Shown here: in pieces, positions 23,101 through 33,000 of the stretch
Position numbering within the stretch: the stretch's first letter is position 1
How the letters are laid out: the number at the start of each line of letters is the position of its first letter
Assembly: GCA_051530055.1 (NCBI GenBank)
Contig: CM121342.1
Location: forward strand, 2,700,797 to 2,733,796
DNA length: 33,000 bases
DNA from: Neoechinorhynchus agilis
Lineage: Eukaryota; Animalia; Acanthocephala
Reading direction: 5' to 3'
Notes under the pieces: model-generated
Databases searched by the model: none
The model's input: only the letters and a program-made list of their open reading frames with translations
What the model was told of the DNA's origin: nothing
Program-made: the position numbers and the translations under genes

Positions 23101-23509
23101 GAGCTTCGTTTCGAATTAAATCCGGTCGTTGTTCAGAAACGTTTTTACATGCCAAAAGTTCAATCGGTAATCCGTGGCAATCCCATCCACATTTGAAATT
23201 CACTCGATGTCCAATAAGAAGCCGATCTCTTAAAATAATATCCTTCAGCATTTTATTCGCTGCGTGGCCGATATGAACGCTGCCATTTGCATAAGGCGGA
23301 CCGTCGTGAAGGACGAAGACGGGTCGATTTAGTTGTTCTGATTGCCATTTATAAAGATCGAGTGAACTATTTTTTTGGCTTACCGTTCGTTCAAGTTCAA
23401 TTTGACTTTTTAATCGATGGGGCAGTCGGGTTCGTGGAAGGGCGATAGTGGACGAATAGGACGTTGAAGCGAATCGGTGATTAATTGGTAAATTCGTTGT
23501 TTTTAGCAT
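20127..23509 (-). CDS. IARS2: Mitochondrial isoleucyl-tRNA synthetase, 875 aa after removing four inserts. Exons: 23509-22972, 22705-22318, 22271-21793, 21392-21037, 20993-20127
   Basis: Presequence-like N-terminus; [14 protein letters not shown]; [10 protein letters not shown]; WSPS..TAL; [14 protein letters not shown]; DVWFDSG; EGLDQ..GWF; KMAKS; C-terminal Zn finger CLRC..CSRC. The five exons sum to 2628 nt (876 codons including stop). Confidence 0.93.
20994..21036 (-). other. Probable hairpin insert E6 in IARS2, 43 nt (alternative: canonical 52-nt GT-AG intron)
   Basis: Sense gaT|Aagtagaatcga...tcgatttT|Acg, with a 9-bp stem containing one G-U. Removal gives IFLD|[12 protein letters not shown]. 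The alternative gtagaatc...ctaaaag intron also restores frame. Confidence 0.5.
21393..21792 (-). other. Hairpin insert E7 in IARS2, 400 nt
   Basis: Sense ctt T|Agatatcagatgctcta...tagagcaactgactT|Ac gct. Arms 11/12 complementary (21396-21407, 21776-21787); TTA duplicated. Removal gives WGLPIPVL|YADKDR. Confidence 0.8.
22272..22317 (-). other. Hairpin insert E8 in IARS2, 46 nt
   Basis: Sense cca tT|Ataaaaattgtgtc...gacacaattT|A ata. Perfect 10-bp arms (22272-22281, 22304-22313); TTA duplicated. Removal gives YKCRNPL|ISRKEVPL. Confidence 0.85.
22706..22971 (-). other. Hairpin insert E9 in IARS2, 266 nt, containing a 109-bp tandem duplication
   Basis: Sense ttc T|Agtgtggatggttctcg...cgagaatcaccgctA|At cgt. 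Removal gives QWEMF|[11 protein letters not shown]. Confidence 0.72.
22733..22953. repeat. Two tandem copies of a ~109-bp unit
   Basis: aaatcttgaaacagaaatacgaaa(t/c)agagtccga...gttaaagtattctaagcagttaatctcct starts at 22741 and again at 22850. Confidence 0.9.
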
Positions 23510-23612
23510 CTTTAAAATTGCTTTCTATTGGATTTTAAAATTTTATCGGCGTCTTCGATGTGGTTTTTTTTTAAAATACAACTGTTCATGTTTTTAGATG
23601 GCCAAAAAAATT

Positions 23613-24096
23613 ATAGATAGATTTTCCCCAAAAACGTTCCCGAGTACGATATTTTATTTTGTCCGAATTTTCGCCGCTTCACGGCTTCTTCGGGGAAGGT
23701 CAGAAAAGTGATAAACCGTCTAACAATTCATCCTTCCGATTGAGTGACCCCTCCACGACCAATAAGCAGAGCCTCGGCAATGGAAAGGTCTACAGGATCA
23801 GATGCCCTGTAGAGAATCCCAACCGCCAAGGCTTTAGCAAAATTGGTGGCCAACGGTGCTGACACGTACGACGGTGCGGGTTACGTGCATTACAGAAATG
23901 CTAAGTTACCGGCTGGTGTAGCCTCCGTCTTTCCAATGTAGCTACAGGATTTCCCTGGTCCTTGCACCGATGAGTCCCTCGATCGGAAGGATGAATTGTC
24001 AGACAGCTTATCACTTTTCAGAGCTTGAAAGAGTCCCCGAAGAAGCCGTCAAAACAAAACATCGTACTCGGGAACGTTTTGGAAAAATCTATCTAT
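23613..24096. mobile_element. TA-bounded foldback/MITE-like element, 484 bp, ~130-bp arms, in the IARS2/TFIP11 divergent intergenic region
   Basis: Left tT|Atagatagattttccccaaaaacgttcccgagtacgat...acggcttcttcgggg...aaaagtgataa...acaattcatccttccgat pairs with right atcggaaggatgaattgt...ttatcactttt...ccccgaagaagccgt...atcgtactcgggaacgttttggaaaaatctatctaT|Aa. Confidence 0.85.
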
Positions 24097-24370
24097 AACA
24101 ATGCGAGTACGCAACAAAGATGCCTTCCATCAATTACGAAAAAAATTAAACTAAATTTATTGGTTCCAATATTTCGACAAACTTACGAAAGATCACGCCT
24201 TCGAAAGCAGTGTTGGAACCAATCAACTTAGTTTAATTTTTATGCGAGATGCAACTTCACTTTCTGGGACACAAGACACCGAAAGAACAAAAATATGGAA
24301 ATTTTACATTAACAAAAAATCAATTATCTGATATATTTCTTTTTCGATATTAAGCGTTTTCGAGGTTTAA

Positions 24371-27300
24371 ATGTCGTCAGATTCAGACTCGGATGTTCGC
24401 CAACGCAGAATTGACAGCGATGATGAGATGGAATCGTTCGAAATGTCTGAACGAGACGTCCAGGATGCTTTTGATCCGTTCAACCGTCGGCGGAGGTTTA
24501 TAAGTCGCGAGCAAGCCATCTACGGTTGGGATAATGTTTGGTTGCCAGAGATGTTTGTCCTGACGACCTCTACTAATCACAGGGAGAAATCATAGAAGTT
24601 TTCGTTTAGGAATATGGGCACTCGATGATGAAAATGGTCCTGCTGAACGGAAACGAGCATCGACCGATGACAGGATTAGAACCGGCGTTAGTTTCGTCAG
24701 TGGAGGACTCAATGAAGACGAAAAAAAAGTGAAGTCCGAGGTTCGTTAATTTGAAGAAGAAAAAACACGAATTTCCATCGCTTTAGGAATCTGAACAGGA
24801 AGATGATTTCCCAAAGTCATTCTCGTTTGAGATGCCTACAAGAGACGATATGATGAGAAAAGGGTTCGTTTCAATTTAAGGGCCCAATGTTCTCCAAACT
24901 AAGGGAAATTAACTCGGGTGAATTTTGTCTCTAGAGAGATAAAGTTGTTTAGGAGATTGAAAGATCTTAAATCGCGGCGTTATTTGCCAAAAATTAAAGA
25001 AATCCTTAGCGTGAATTTTGTGATATTTTAGCTTGGATTCCCCTAAATTTTGTCTCTAGAGAGATAAAGTTGTTTAGGAGATTGAAAGATCTTAAATCGC
25101 GGCGTTATTTGCCAAAAATTAAAGAAATCCTCAGCGTGAATTTTGTGATATTTTAGCTTCGATTCCCCTAAATTTTGTTTCCAGAGAGATAAAGTTGTGT
25201 AGGAGATTGAAAGATCCTAAATCGCGGCGTTATTTGTCAAAAATTAAAGAAATCCTCAGCGTGAATTTTGTGATATTTTAGCTTGGATTCCCCTAAATTT
25301 TGTTTCCAGAGAGATAAAGTTGTTTAGGAGATTGAAATATCTTAAATCGCGGCGTTATTTGCCAAAAATTAAAGAAATCCTCAGCGTGAATTTTGTGATA
25401 TTTTAGCTTGGATTCCCCTAAATTTTGTCTCTAGAGAGATAAAGTTGTGTAGGAGATTGAAAGATCCTAAATCGCGGCGTTATTTGTCAAAAATTAAAGA
25501 AATCCTTAGCGTGAATTTTGTGATATTTTAGCTTGGATTCCCCTAAATTTTGTTTCCAGAGAGATAAAGTTGTTTAGGAGATTGAAATATCCTAAATCGC
25601 GGCGTTATTTGCCAAAAATAAAAATCCTTAGCGTGAATTTTGTGATATTTTAGCTTGGATTCCCCTAAATTTTGTCTCTAGAGAGATAAAGTTGTGTAGG
25701 AGATTGAAAGATCTCAAATCGCGGCGTTATTTGCCAAAATTTAAAGAAGTCCTTAGCGTGAATTTTGTGATATTTTAGCTTGGATTCCGCTAAATTTTGT
25801 CTCTAGAGAGATAAAGTTGTTTAGGAGATTGAAAGATCTTAAATCGCGGCTTATTTGCCAAAAATTAAAAAAATCCTTAGCGTGAATTTTGTGATATTTT
25901 AGCTTGGATTCCCCTAAATTTTGTCTCTAGAGAGATAAAGTTGTGTAGGAGATTGAAAGATCTCAAATCGCGGCGTTATTTGCCAAAAATTAAAGAAATC
26001 CTTAGCGTGAATTTTGTGATATTTTAGCTTGGATTCCCCTAAATTTTGTCTCTAGAGAGATAAAGTTGTGTAGGAGATTGAAAGATCTCAAATCGCGGCG
26101 TTATTTGCCAAAATTTAAAGAAGTCCTTAGCGTGAATTTTGTGATATTTTAGCTTGGATTCCGCTAAATTTTGTCTCTAGAGAGATAAAGTTGTTTAGGA
26201 GATTGAAAGATCTTAAATCGCGGCGTTATTTGCCAAAAATTAAAGAAATCCTTAGCGTGAATTTTGTGATATTTTAGCTTGGATTCCGCTAAATTTTGTC
26301 TCTAGAGAGATAAAGTTGTGTAGGAGATTGAAAGATCTTAAATCGCGGCGTTATTTGCCAAAAATTAAAAAAATCCTTAGCGTGAATTTTGTGATATTTT
26401 AGCTTGGATTCCCCTAAATTTTGTTTCTAAAGAGATAAAGTTGTGTAGGAGATTGAAAGATCCTAAATCGCGGCGTTATTTGTTAAAAATTAACGAAATC
26501 CTCAGCTTGAATTTTGTGATATTTTAGCTTGGATTCCACTAAATTTTGTCTCTAGAGAGATAAAGTTGTTTAGGAGATTGAAATATCTTAAATCGCGGCG
26601 TTGTTTGCCAAAAATTAAAGAAATCCTTAGCGTGAATTTTGTGATATTTTAGCTTGGATTCCCCTAAATTTTGTCTCTAGAGACAAAGTTGTGTAGGAGA
26701 TTGAAAGATCTCAAATCGCGGCGTTATTTGCCAAAATTTAAAGAAGTCCTTAGCGTGAATTTTGTGATATTTTAGCTTGGATTCCGCTAAATTTTGTCTC
26801 TAGAGAGATAAAGTTGTTTAGGAGATTGAAAGATCTTAAATCGCGGCTTATTTGCCAAAAATTAAAAAATCCTTAGCGTGAATTTTGTGATATTTTAGCT
26901 TGGATTCCCCTAAATTTTGTCTCTAGAGAGATAAAGTTGTGTAGGAGATTGAAAGATCTCAAATCGCGGCGTTATTTGCCAAAAATTAAAGAAATCCTTA
27001 GCGTGAATTTTGTGATATTTTAGCTTGGATTCCCCTAAATTTTGTCTCTAGGGAGATAAAGTTGTGTAGGAGATTGAAAGATCCTAAATCGCGGCGTTAT
27101 TTGTCAAAAATTAAAGAAATCCTCAGCGTGAATTTTGTGATATTTTAGCTTGGATTCCCCTAAATTTTGTCTCTAGAGAGATAAAGTTGTTTAGGAGATT
27201 GAAAGATCTTAAATCGCGGCGTTATTTGCCAAAAATTAAAGAAATCCTCAGCGTGAATTTTGTGATATTTTAGCTTGGATTCCGCTAAATTTTGTCTCTA

Positions 27301-29751
27301 GAGAGATAAAGTTGTGTAGGAGATTGAAAGATCCTAAATCGCGGCGTTATTTGCCAAAAATTAAAAAAATCCTTAGCGTGAATTTTGTGATATTTTAGCT
27401 TGGATTCCGCTAAATTTTGTTTCTAAAGAGATAAAGTTGTTTAGGAGATTGAAATATCTTAAATCGCGACGTTATTTGTCAAAAATTAAAGAAATCCTCA
27501 GCGTGAATTTTGTGCTATTTTAGCTTGGATTCCCCTAAATTTTGTCTCTCGCGTGTTTTTGTGGAGGAAATTCTTAGGATGTTTTTGTGGCATTTTGACT
27601 TGTATCTAAACTTGAGAAATACCTGCCGCGAATGCTATTAAGGCGTTAACTTTTACACTTTATTTCGGCATTCAAGAATCAAATGGAGACTGAAATAAGC
27701 ACCTTAAAAGGCCAAATTTCTATCGATGTAACGATTTATCTTTTTTAAAATAGGAATATCGGTCAATGGCAGAAGCACACGAGTGGAATTGGAATGAAAT
27801 TGCTTCTAAAGATGGGCTACAAAGAAGGCAAAGGACTTGGGAAAGAGTTGCAGGGAAGATCAGAACCCATTCAAGCAAAACAGAGGCGAGGCAAAGGTGC
27901 AGTTGGGGCCTATGGACCGGAGCATGCGCCTCAAAGGAAAGTGAAGAATTGTGATGATGTTCAGCCGAGATGGAAACTGGGGGAGTTTCCTGAGTATGGT
28001 GAGATTGTGAAAAATGCCCCAAGAACTAAAACTCAGCATGTTTCGCTTCTGATGCCACCTCCAGCACCACTGGAAAAACAGAAAATTTTGGATCTAACTG
28101 GAAAAGACGCCAAGGTACATGAGAGTATCGCAAAATGTTTGTCGGTTCACAAACGTTCCCATGAACTCGTTGCACTGATTGACGTAGCTTTAAATAGGGC
28201 AGAGGGTGCCGTGTTCCGTACTAGTCAAAATGTAGATCAAAGCGAAGACACTGTTACACAAATGGGTTACGAAAAAAAGAAGCAATATCAAATGGTCGAA
28301 AGGACGCGGATAGAATTGGAGAAAACTCGTGAAGCTTTAAGTTTGTTTAGACGGATGAAACTGGAGATTGTCATGAGGACAATGGTGTGCCAGGATCGTT
28401 TTAGTTTTGTTTTAAAGGTAATTAGAGAATAGGACCTGAATATGGCCTTTAATTTTAGAAATTTCAATTGCGTTTCTAATTTCACTGAATTCTTCGCATA
28501 AATACGATATTTTATCTCTCCTAGGAGAGTGTTTACCTATTACGATCGAATACTTCGAAACGAAAAGACGAAAAGTTCTGCACTAGAAGCGATTTTTGTT
28601 GCCAGAAATGTACCATTTTAGCTTTGTAGCTCTTTAAGAAAAGGTACATCATTGTGGTAGACTTAGCGAATGATGGCGACCTTCTTGATGCCTTGTCCGT
28701 TGCTCTTTCCTTTCACCAGAGAACTCGTAATGTCGTGGGAAGTGAAACTGCTCAATCCTTAGGTTTCGACAAACTGTTTATGGAAGCAATCAGTTGTTTC
28801 TTTTTAACTAAAGAACAAACTCCAATCAATAATCTTGTCGAAATTGTACGACGAATCGAACACTATTGCGACTCTTTGGACATAGGTGGCGATCTATTGT
28901 CGAGCTTCATGTGGAGGTGCATTCTACCGAAAATAAGGACTTATTTGCGTAATGATTGGGACGTTAAGAATCCTCAAAGCGTTATTGAATGGTTTCAAGG
29001 CGGGAAAACTGCATTCTCGGGCAGAATTCGGGCTCATTTAGGCAAATGGATCATATTCTTGTACTTGGTATTGTGCGGCTTTTCTCTCATATAATCCGAT
29101 CTCCATATCTGATCCATTTGCATACTTCATGATGTAATATTGAACCAACTTGAATCTTCAATAGAGGAATGGGATCCAATGTCAGATCCGATCCCGGTTC
29201 ATCAGTGGCTTCTTGCTTGGAAAGATATTATCGGTCTTGATAAACTTCAGCCAAGTGTACAAATAATAAAGCGAAAGCTAGGAAATGCGCTCAAACAAAA
29301 TTGGCATCCCTCTGATAAGTCCGCCAAACCAATGGTCAGCGTATGGAAACCTCCAATTTGCTCAAAGATTGAATGGGTAAGGTTTGTTCAAACGAGTATT
29401 GTACCAGCATTAGAACGGTCTTTGATTAATGACTTTCGGCTGGATCCGTCAGGTGATGGAAAAACGGATGAACGGGTAATTGGTTGGGTTATCGAGTGGC
29501 GTGACCTTGTTGATGATCAAACGATTGTTCGACTTTTATCGCAATATTTTTTCCCTTCGTTCCTCGAAGTACTACGTTCGTGGCTTGGACGAGCTAATCA
29601 GCCAAACAATGATCGCAAAATGGTTTTTAAAGAAATCGTTGTATGGTACAGCTCATGGAAAAAGCAATTTCCTGTTCAGTTCATTCAGAATGAAGCGATA
29701 AAAAAGCAATTCCTGCAAGCTTTAAATTTGATGAAAGAGGCGATGGAATAG
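24371..29751 (+). CDS. TFIP11: Tuftelin-interacting protein 11 / Ntr1-Spp382 spliceosome disassembly factor. Three GT-AG introns (24525-24609, 24741-24786, 24864-27753) plus two hairpin inserts
   Basis: N-terminal EQAIYG|IWA and VSFVSGG; G-patch WQKHTSGIGMKLLLKMGYKEGKGLGKELQG..RGKGAVGAYG; GCFC domain EEWDPMSDPIPVHQW, WHPSDKSAK, HFFP-like QYFFPSFLEVLRSWL, WYSSWK. Confidence 0.92.
24921..27549. repeat. Tandem satellite, ~125-bp unit, about 21 copies, inside TFIP11 intron 3
   Basis: Unit aattttgtctctagagagataaagttgt(t/g)taggagattgaaagatcttaaatcgcggcgttatttgccaaaaattaaagaaatccttagcgtgaattttgtgatattttagcttggattccccta starts at 24921, 25046, 25171, 25296 and so on. Confidence 0.97.
28339..28664 (+). 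other. Probable hairpin insert E10 in TFIP11; boundaries ambiguous (28339-28664 or 28349-28635)
   Basis: tT|Aagtttgtt...ggtagactT|A forms a ~10-bp G-U-rich stem plus gatg/catc and gives REAL|ANDGDLLD. The alternative T|A..T|A join gives SLF|KKRYIIVVDL. A GT-AG solution (28341-28660) also restores frame. Confidence 0.45.
29040..29123 (+). other. Hairpin insert E11 in TFIP11, 84 nt
   Basis: cat tT|Aggcaaatggatca...tgatccatttgcaT|A ctt. Perfect 12-bp arms (29042-29053, 29110-29121); contains two in-frame stops. Removal gives RIRAHL|LHDVILNQLESSIEEWDP. Confidence 0.85.
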
Positions 29752-30822
29752 CAGTGATTATTTATCTCGAAGATATTGTAATATAATGCTATGATGATTA
29801 TTCAGCGCTTTGGAAAACCGTACGCCTCAGAATAGGTTTCTCCATACATGCGAAAATTTTAACATCCCTTTAAAAGCCTTACGAAATTCGACAATTTTAA
29901 GGTTTTTTACTGGAAAGCCGGCACGTTTTATATCATCATAAAAATTTAGATTGCCCCTTATACCCGGCTTATTTTTTAGGCATAAAGCCAAACGAATTAA
30001 TCAGAGAAGTGATATAACCACATAGCCTACATTCCTCCGGATCCTCAGATACCTCCAGGACGGATCCTAACATCTTATAAGTAATTTTGCTCTCAGACTC
30101 CGGAAAACTGTTTTCGAACACTTCTAATGCAGCTGTAAAATATTTTAAATCAATGAAAACAAAATCGAGCACATAATTAAGTTCAAATAACAAAATCTAA
30201 GAAAATGTTGATGCCTCATGGAAATTTCTCAAAAAGACAAAGATCCGGAAAATGAGCTGCCTTTTAAAATGCAGCCTGACGTTTATAAAACCTCACATTG
30301 AAAAAATATTACATATTAATCTGCGCAAATATATTAGTAGCTATACAAAATTAAGCACAACTTCAATGCGAATGGCTCACCAAAAGACCAAAAAGATCAA
30401 TCAGATTTCAATCGCCAGGACTATAAAATATACGTCGACGGAGCAGATAAATTCAAAAGGAAATTCAACAGGGAAATAAAGTCGAACCAACCTAAAAACG
30501 ATGTTCCAGAAAGCGAAATCTAAGAAAGAGGTCTCTTTGGAATAATGAATGTAAAATATTCACAATTGATGATTAGCATCAGACCATAGAATTAGTAGTA
30601 CTCACCACGGTTTTGATTTTCTTTATGAACCTGATTTTCAGGTTTATCAAAAAATTCGAGCAGTTTCGCAACTCCTTTCAAATATTTATTGCTATTCCTA
30701 TTGATAGTATACTAAAATGATCTGTAATTTGTAAAGCCGTATATTTGTTATTAGAACTAAAGGATTTCGGTTGATTTGACATCGTTCTTATTCGATAAAG
30801 GAGTGCAGATTATAACTATAGA

Positions 30823-33000
30823 ATGAAACTAACCTCCAACTATTCACTAACCATGATCAAAAAATTTGCCGAGACAAAGAAATCGAAGACCGATAATCTA
30901 TATTCCGAAATCTCAGATACTGAAGGTAAAGCCAACAAAATATCTTCAGCACAAAACGACAAAAACGAAATGACTGGTCAGCAGCGAAAGGACTATGACC
31001 ATCACAAATTGGAAATCGAGGTTCGAGATAAAAATGTTCCACCCAAAGAAGACGATCGAAAGAAGACGACAGTTGCAGACGAGACTGCAAAAATCACTGC
31101 AGAAGATATTCGACTAAAGAGAAAACAGCGAATTCTTGATGACTTTAGAAAAGACGACGAAGAGTATGAAGAATTTTCAAAGCTGTTTAATAAGATAAAG
31201 AAACCTGAAAGGATTGCCAAGGAGGATTTAGAGGATTCAGAAGCTTCTCCCAAACTTTTAACGAATTTCTCGCCTAATTTGCTTAGTACAAGCCACCATG
31301 CAACCTTAACAGAATATACGGCTTTTAGTCGGAACGATATCGAAGAACGAAATGAGCATCGAAAGTCGCCTGAAGATCGCTGTGGTAATGGCGCTGGAAA
31401 AACCGAAGTAAAATTCTCCAAATATTTGGATGGAAATTGCTCACAAAAGAAAACGAACCAAGTGATTGATCTCGAGCCAATGGACACTAAGGAATACGAC
31501 GAAAGAGGAGAGAAATTAAAAGAAAGTCGAAAAATGGAAACAATGTTCAACATGAAAACACAGACCGAGAAAGCAAAATCTAAGAAAATTGCTGAGGTTT
31601 TAAAGAATTTAACAAAAATCCAAGATGCGATATTTAAGGACGTTCCAAGCGGACATTCAACGGTTTCTAAACAAGGCGGTCCTCAAAACGAGGAAAGAGA
31701 ATTATCAAAATTATCGAAGGAGTACCTTATATATCTCTCAAAAAAGGAGAAAAGCGAAATGACCGATCAAGAGCGCTGTGATTATTACCAATTCAAACGA
31801 GAGCACAAGGCTCGTAAGGAAAAGAAGCGACTTTTGATGGAAACAATGATGAAGCTCAGAAGCGCGGCCGAAAAGGCTGAAAAATATAACCCTAAACGTA
31901 ATCGGAAAACGGAATCAAAAATGAAAATACAATCAAAACGAACAAAACTCGATGCCGTTAATGAGGATTCAGTACGTTTTTCGAAAAACGAGCTGTGTGG
32001 TTATCAGCTCGAACGAAGTGAGCACGAAAGGTCGTCTAAATATTGCTGCAGTGCCAATGAAAAAGAAGATGAAGAAATATTCTCGGAATATTTTGATGCA
32101 AATCCATCACAAAAGGACATAAACAAAGTGGCCGGTTTTGAGCCCAAGGGCACTAAGGAATACGTTGAATGGGAAGAAAAATCAAAAAAAAGTCACGATA
32201 TGGAAACAAAATCCGACATGAGAACACAGGCAAAAAAAGCAAAAACTGAGAAAATTGCTGAGGTTTCAAAGAATTCACCTAAAAACCAAGATTTAGGATT
32301 TGATGGCGTTTTAACTGAGTGATCTCCAAAAGTGCTTCAAGGACCGTAGTGCTCAAAACGAGGAAAGAGCATCATCAAAATTATCGAAGGAATACCTTGT
32401 ATATCTCTCAAAAAAGGGAGAAAAAGGAAAAAATGACCGACCAAGAGCGCAGTGATTATTACCAATTCAAACGAGAGCACAAGGCTCGTAAGGAAAAGAA
32501 GCGCGACTTTGATGGAAACGACGTTGAAGTTGAGAAGCGCGGCCGAAAAGGTTGGAAAATTTAATGGAAAACGCAATCGGGAAGCGGAACCGAATACTGA
32601 AATGCAATCCAAACGAACAAAACTACATAAAGACAAAAACGAGATGACTGATCAGGAGCACAGGGTCTTTAATTATTACAAAAGGAAACTCACTGATCGC
32701 AATAAAGATGTTCCACTCAAACAAGTCGATCAGAAGAAGATGAAAGTTGAAGATAGCGAGACTTCAAGAATTTCAGCGGAAGATCTTCGACAGAAGAGAA
32801 GACAACGAATTCTTGATGATTTCAGGAAAGACGACGAAGTGTATGAAGAATTTTCTAAGGTTTTTGAACAGATAAAGAAAATACCAAGGACTGCCAAGGA
32901 TGAGTTAAAGAATCAACCCACTATACCAAAAACTGCAACGGAGTTATCGCAAAATCCGCTTGGTACAAACGACCCTGCAACCTTAACGGAATGCACAGCT
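30823..33000 (+). CDS. Unknown K/E/D-rich protein with internal tandem duplications; second copy frameshifted (partly pseudogenic or assembly error); runs off the right edge
   Basis: 499-aa ORF 30823-32322. Block ..QRILDDFRKDDE.YEEFSK.. occurs at ~31130 and ~32805. Block EKAK.KKIAEV..MTDQER.DYYQFKREHKARKEKKR occurs at ~31570-31830 and ~32240-32505, with indels in the second copy. Confidence 0.5.

Noticed and set aside
24025-24050. gaaagagtccccg resembling the RNase MRP CR-I motif
   Set aside because: It is part of the foldback arm, and the other MRP/P conserved regions were not found.
24921-27549. Satellite as a spliced-leader or snRNA gene array (Sm-like AATTTTG motifs) or as a CRISPR array
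   Set aside because: No leader exon plus GT donor, no recognisable snRNA sequence, and no unique spacers; the units are full-length tandem copies.
20127-29751. Stop-codon reassignment or readthrough as the reason for in-frame TAA/TAG
   Set aside because: Most breaks also shift frame, and genuine stops end TnT, ABCB1 and IARS2 at expected positions.
29969-30193. 74-aa minus-strand ORF that could be an exon of another gene
   Set aside because: No family motif recognised and no consistent exon partners found; left unannotated.

Overview
AT-rich, gene-dense eukaryotic DNA from an animal. The troponin T looks protostome-type and typical GT-AG introns are about 40-55 nt. Genes found: a polycystin-1-family (PKD1-like) gene (-, 8376 to past the left edge), troponin T (-), an ABCB1/P-glycoprotein full transporter (-), mitochondrial isoleucyl-tRNA synthetase IARS2 (-), TFIP11/Ntr1 (+, head-to-head with IARS2, with a ~125-bp satellite in intron 3), and a K/E-rich internally repeated, frameshifted ORF at the right end. 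Main discovery: about 11 inserts of 43-616 nt interrupt conserved reading frames in four genes. Most lack a good GT-AG solution. Each has sense-strand junctions exon-T|A...N|A-exon, usually with TA at both ends, and its two ends form an inverted repeat whose sequence differs from element to element. Removing them restores open frames and conserved motifs. Free-standing TA-bounded foldback elements with longer arms (8533-8946, 13575-13740, 23613-24096) may be younger relatives. The inserts look like structure-defined non-canonical introns or ciliate-IES-like excised DNA in an animal. All translations and pairings were done by hand, and comparisons to human or fly proteins are from memory and need real alignments.
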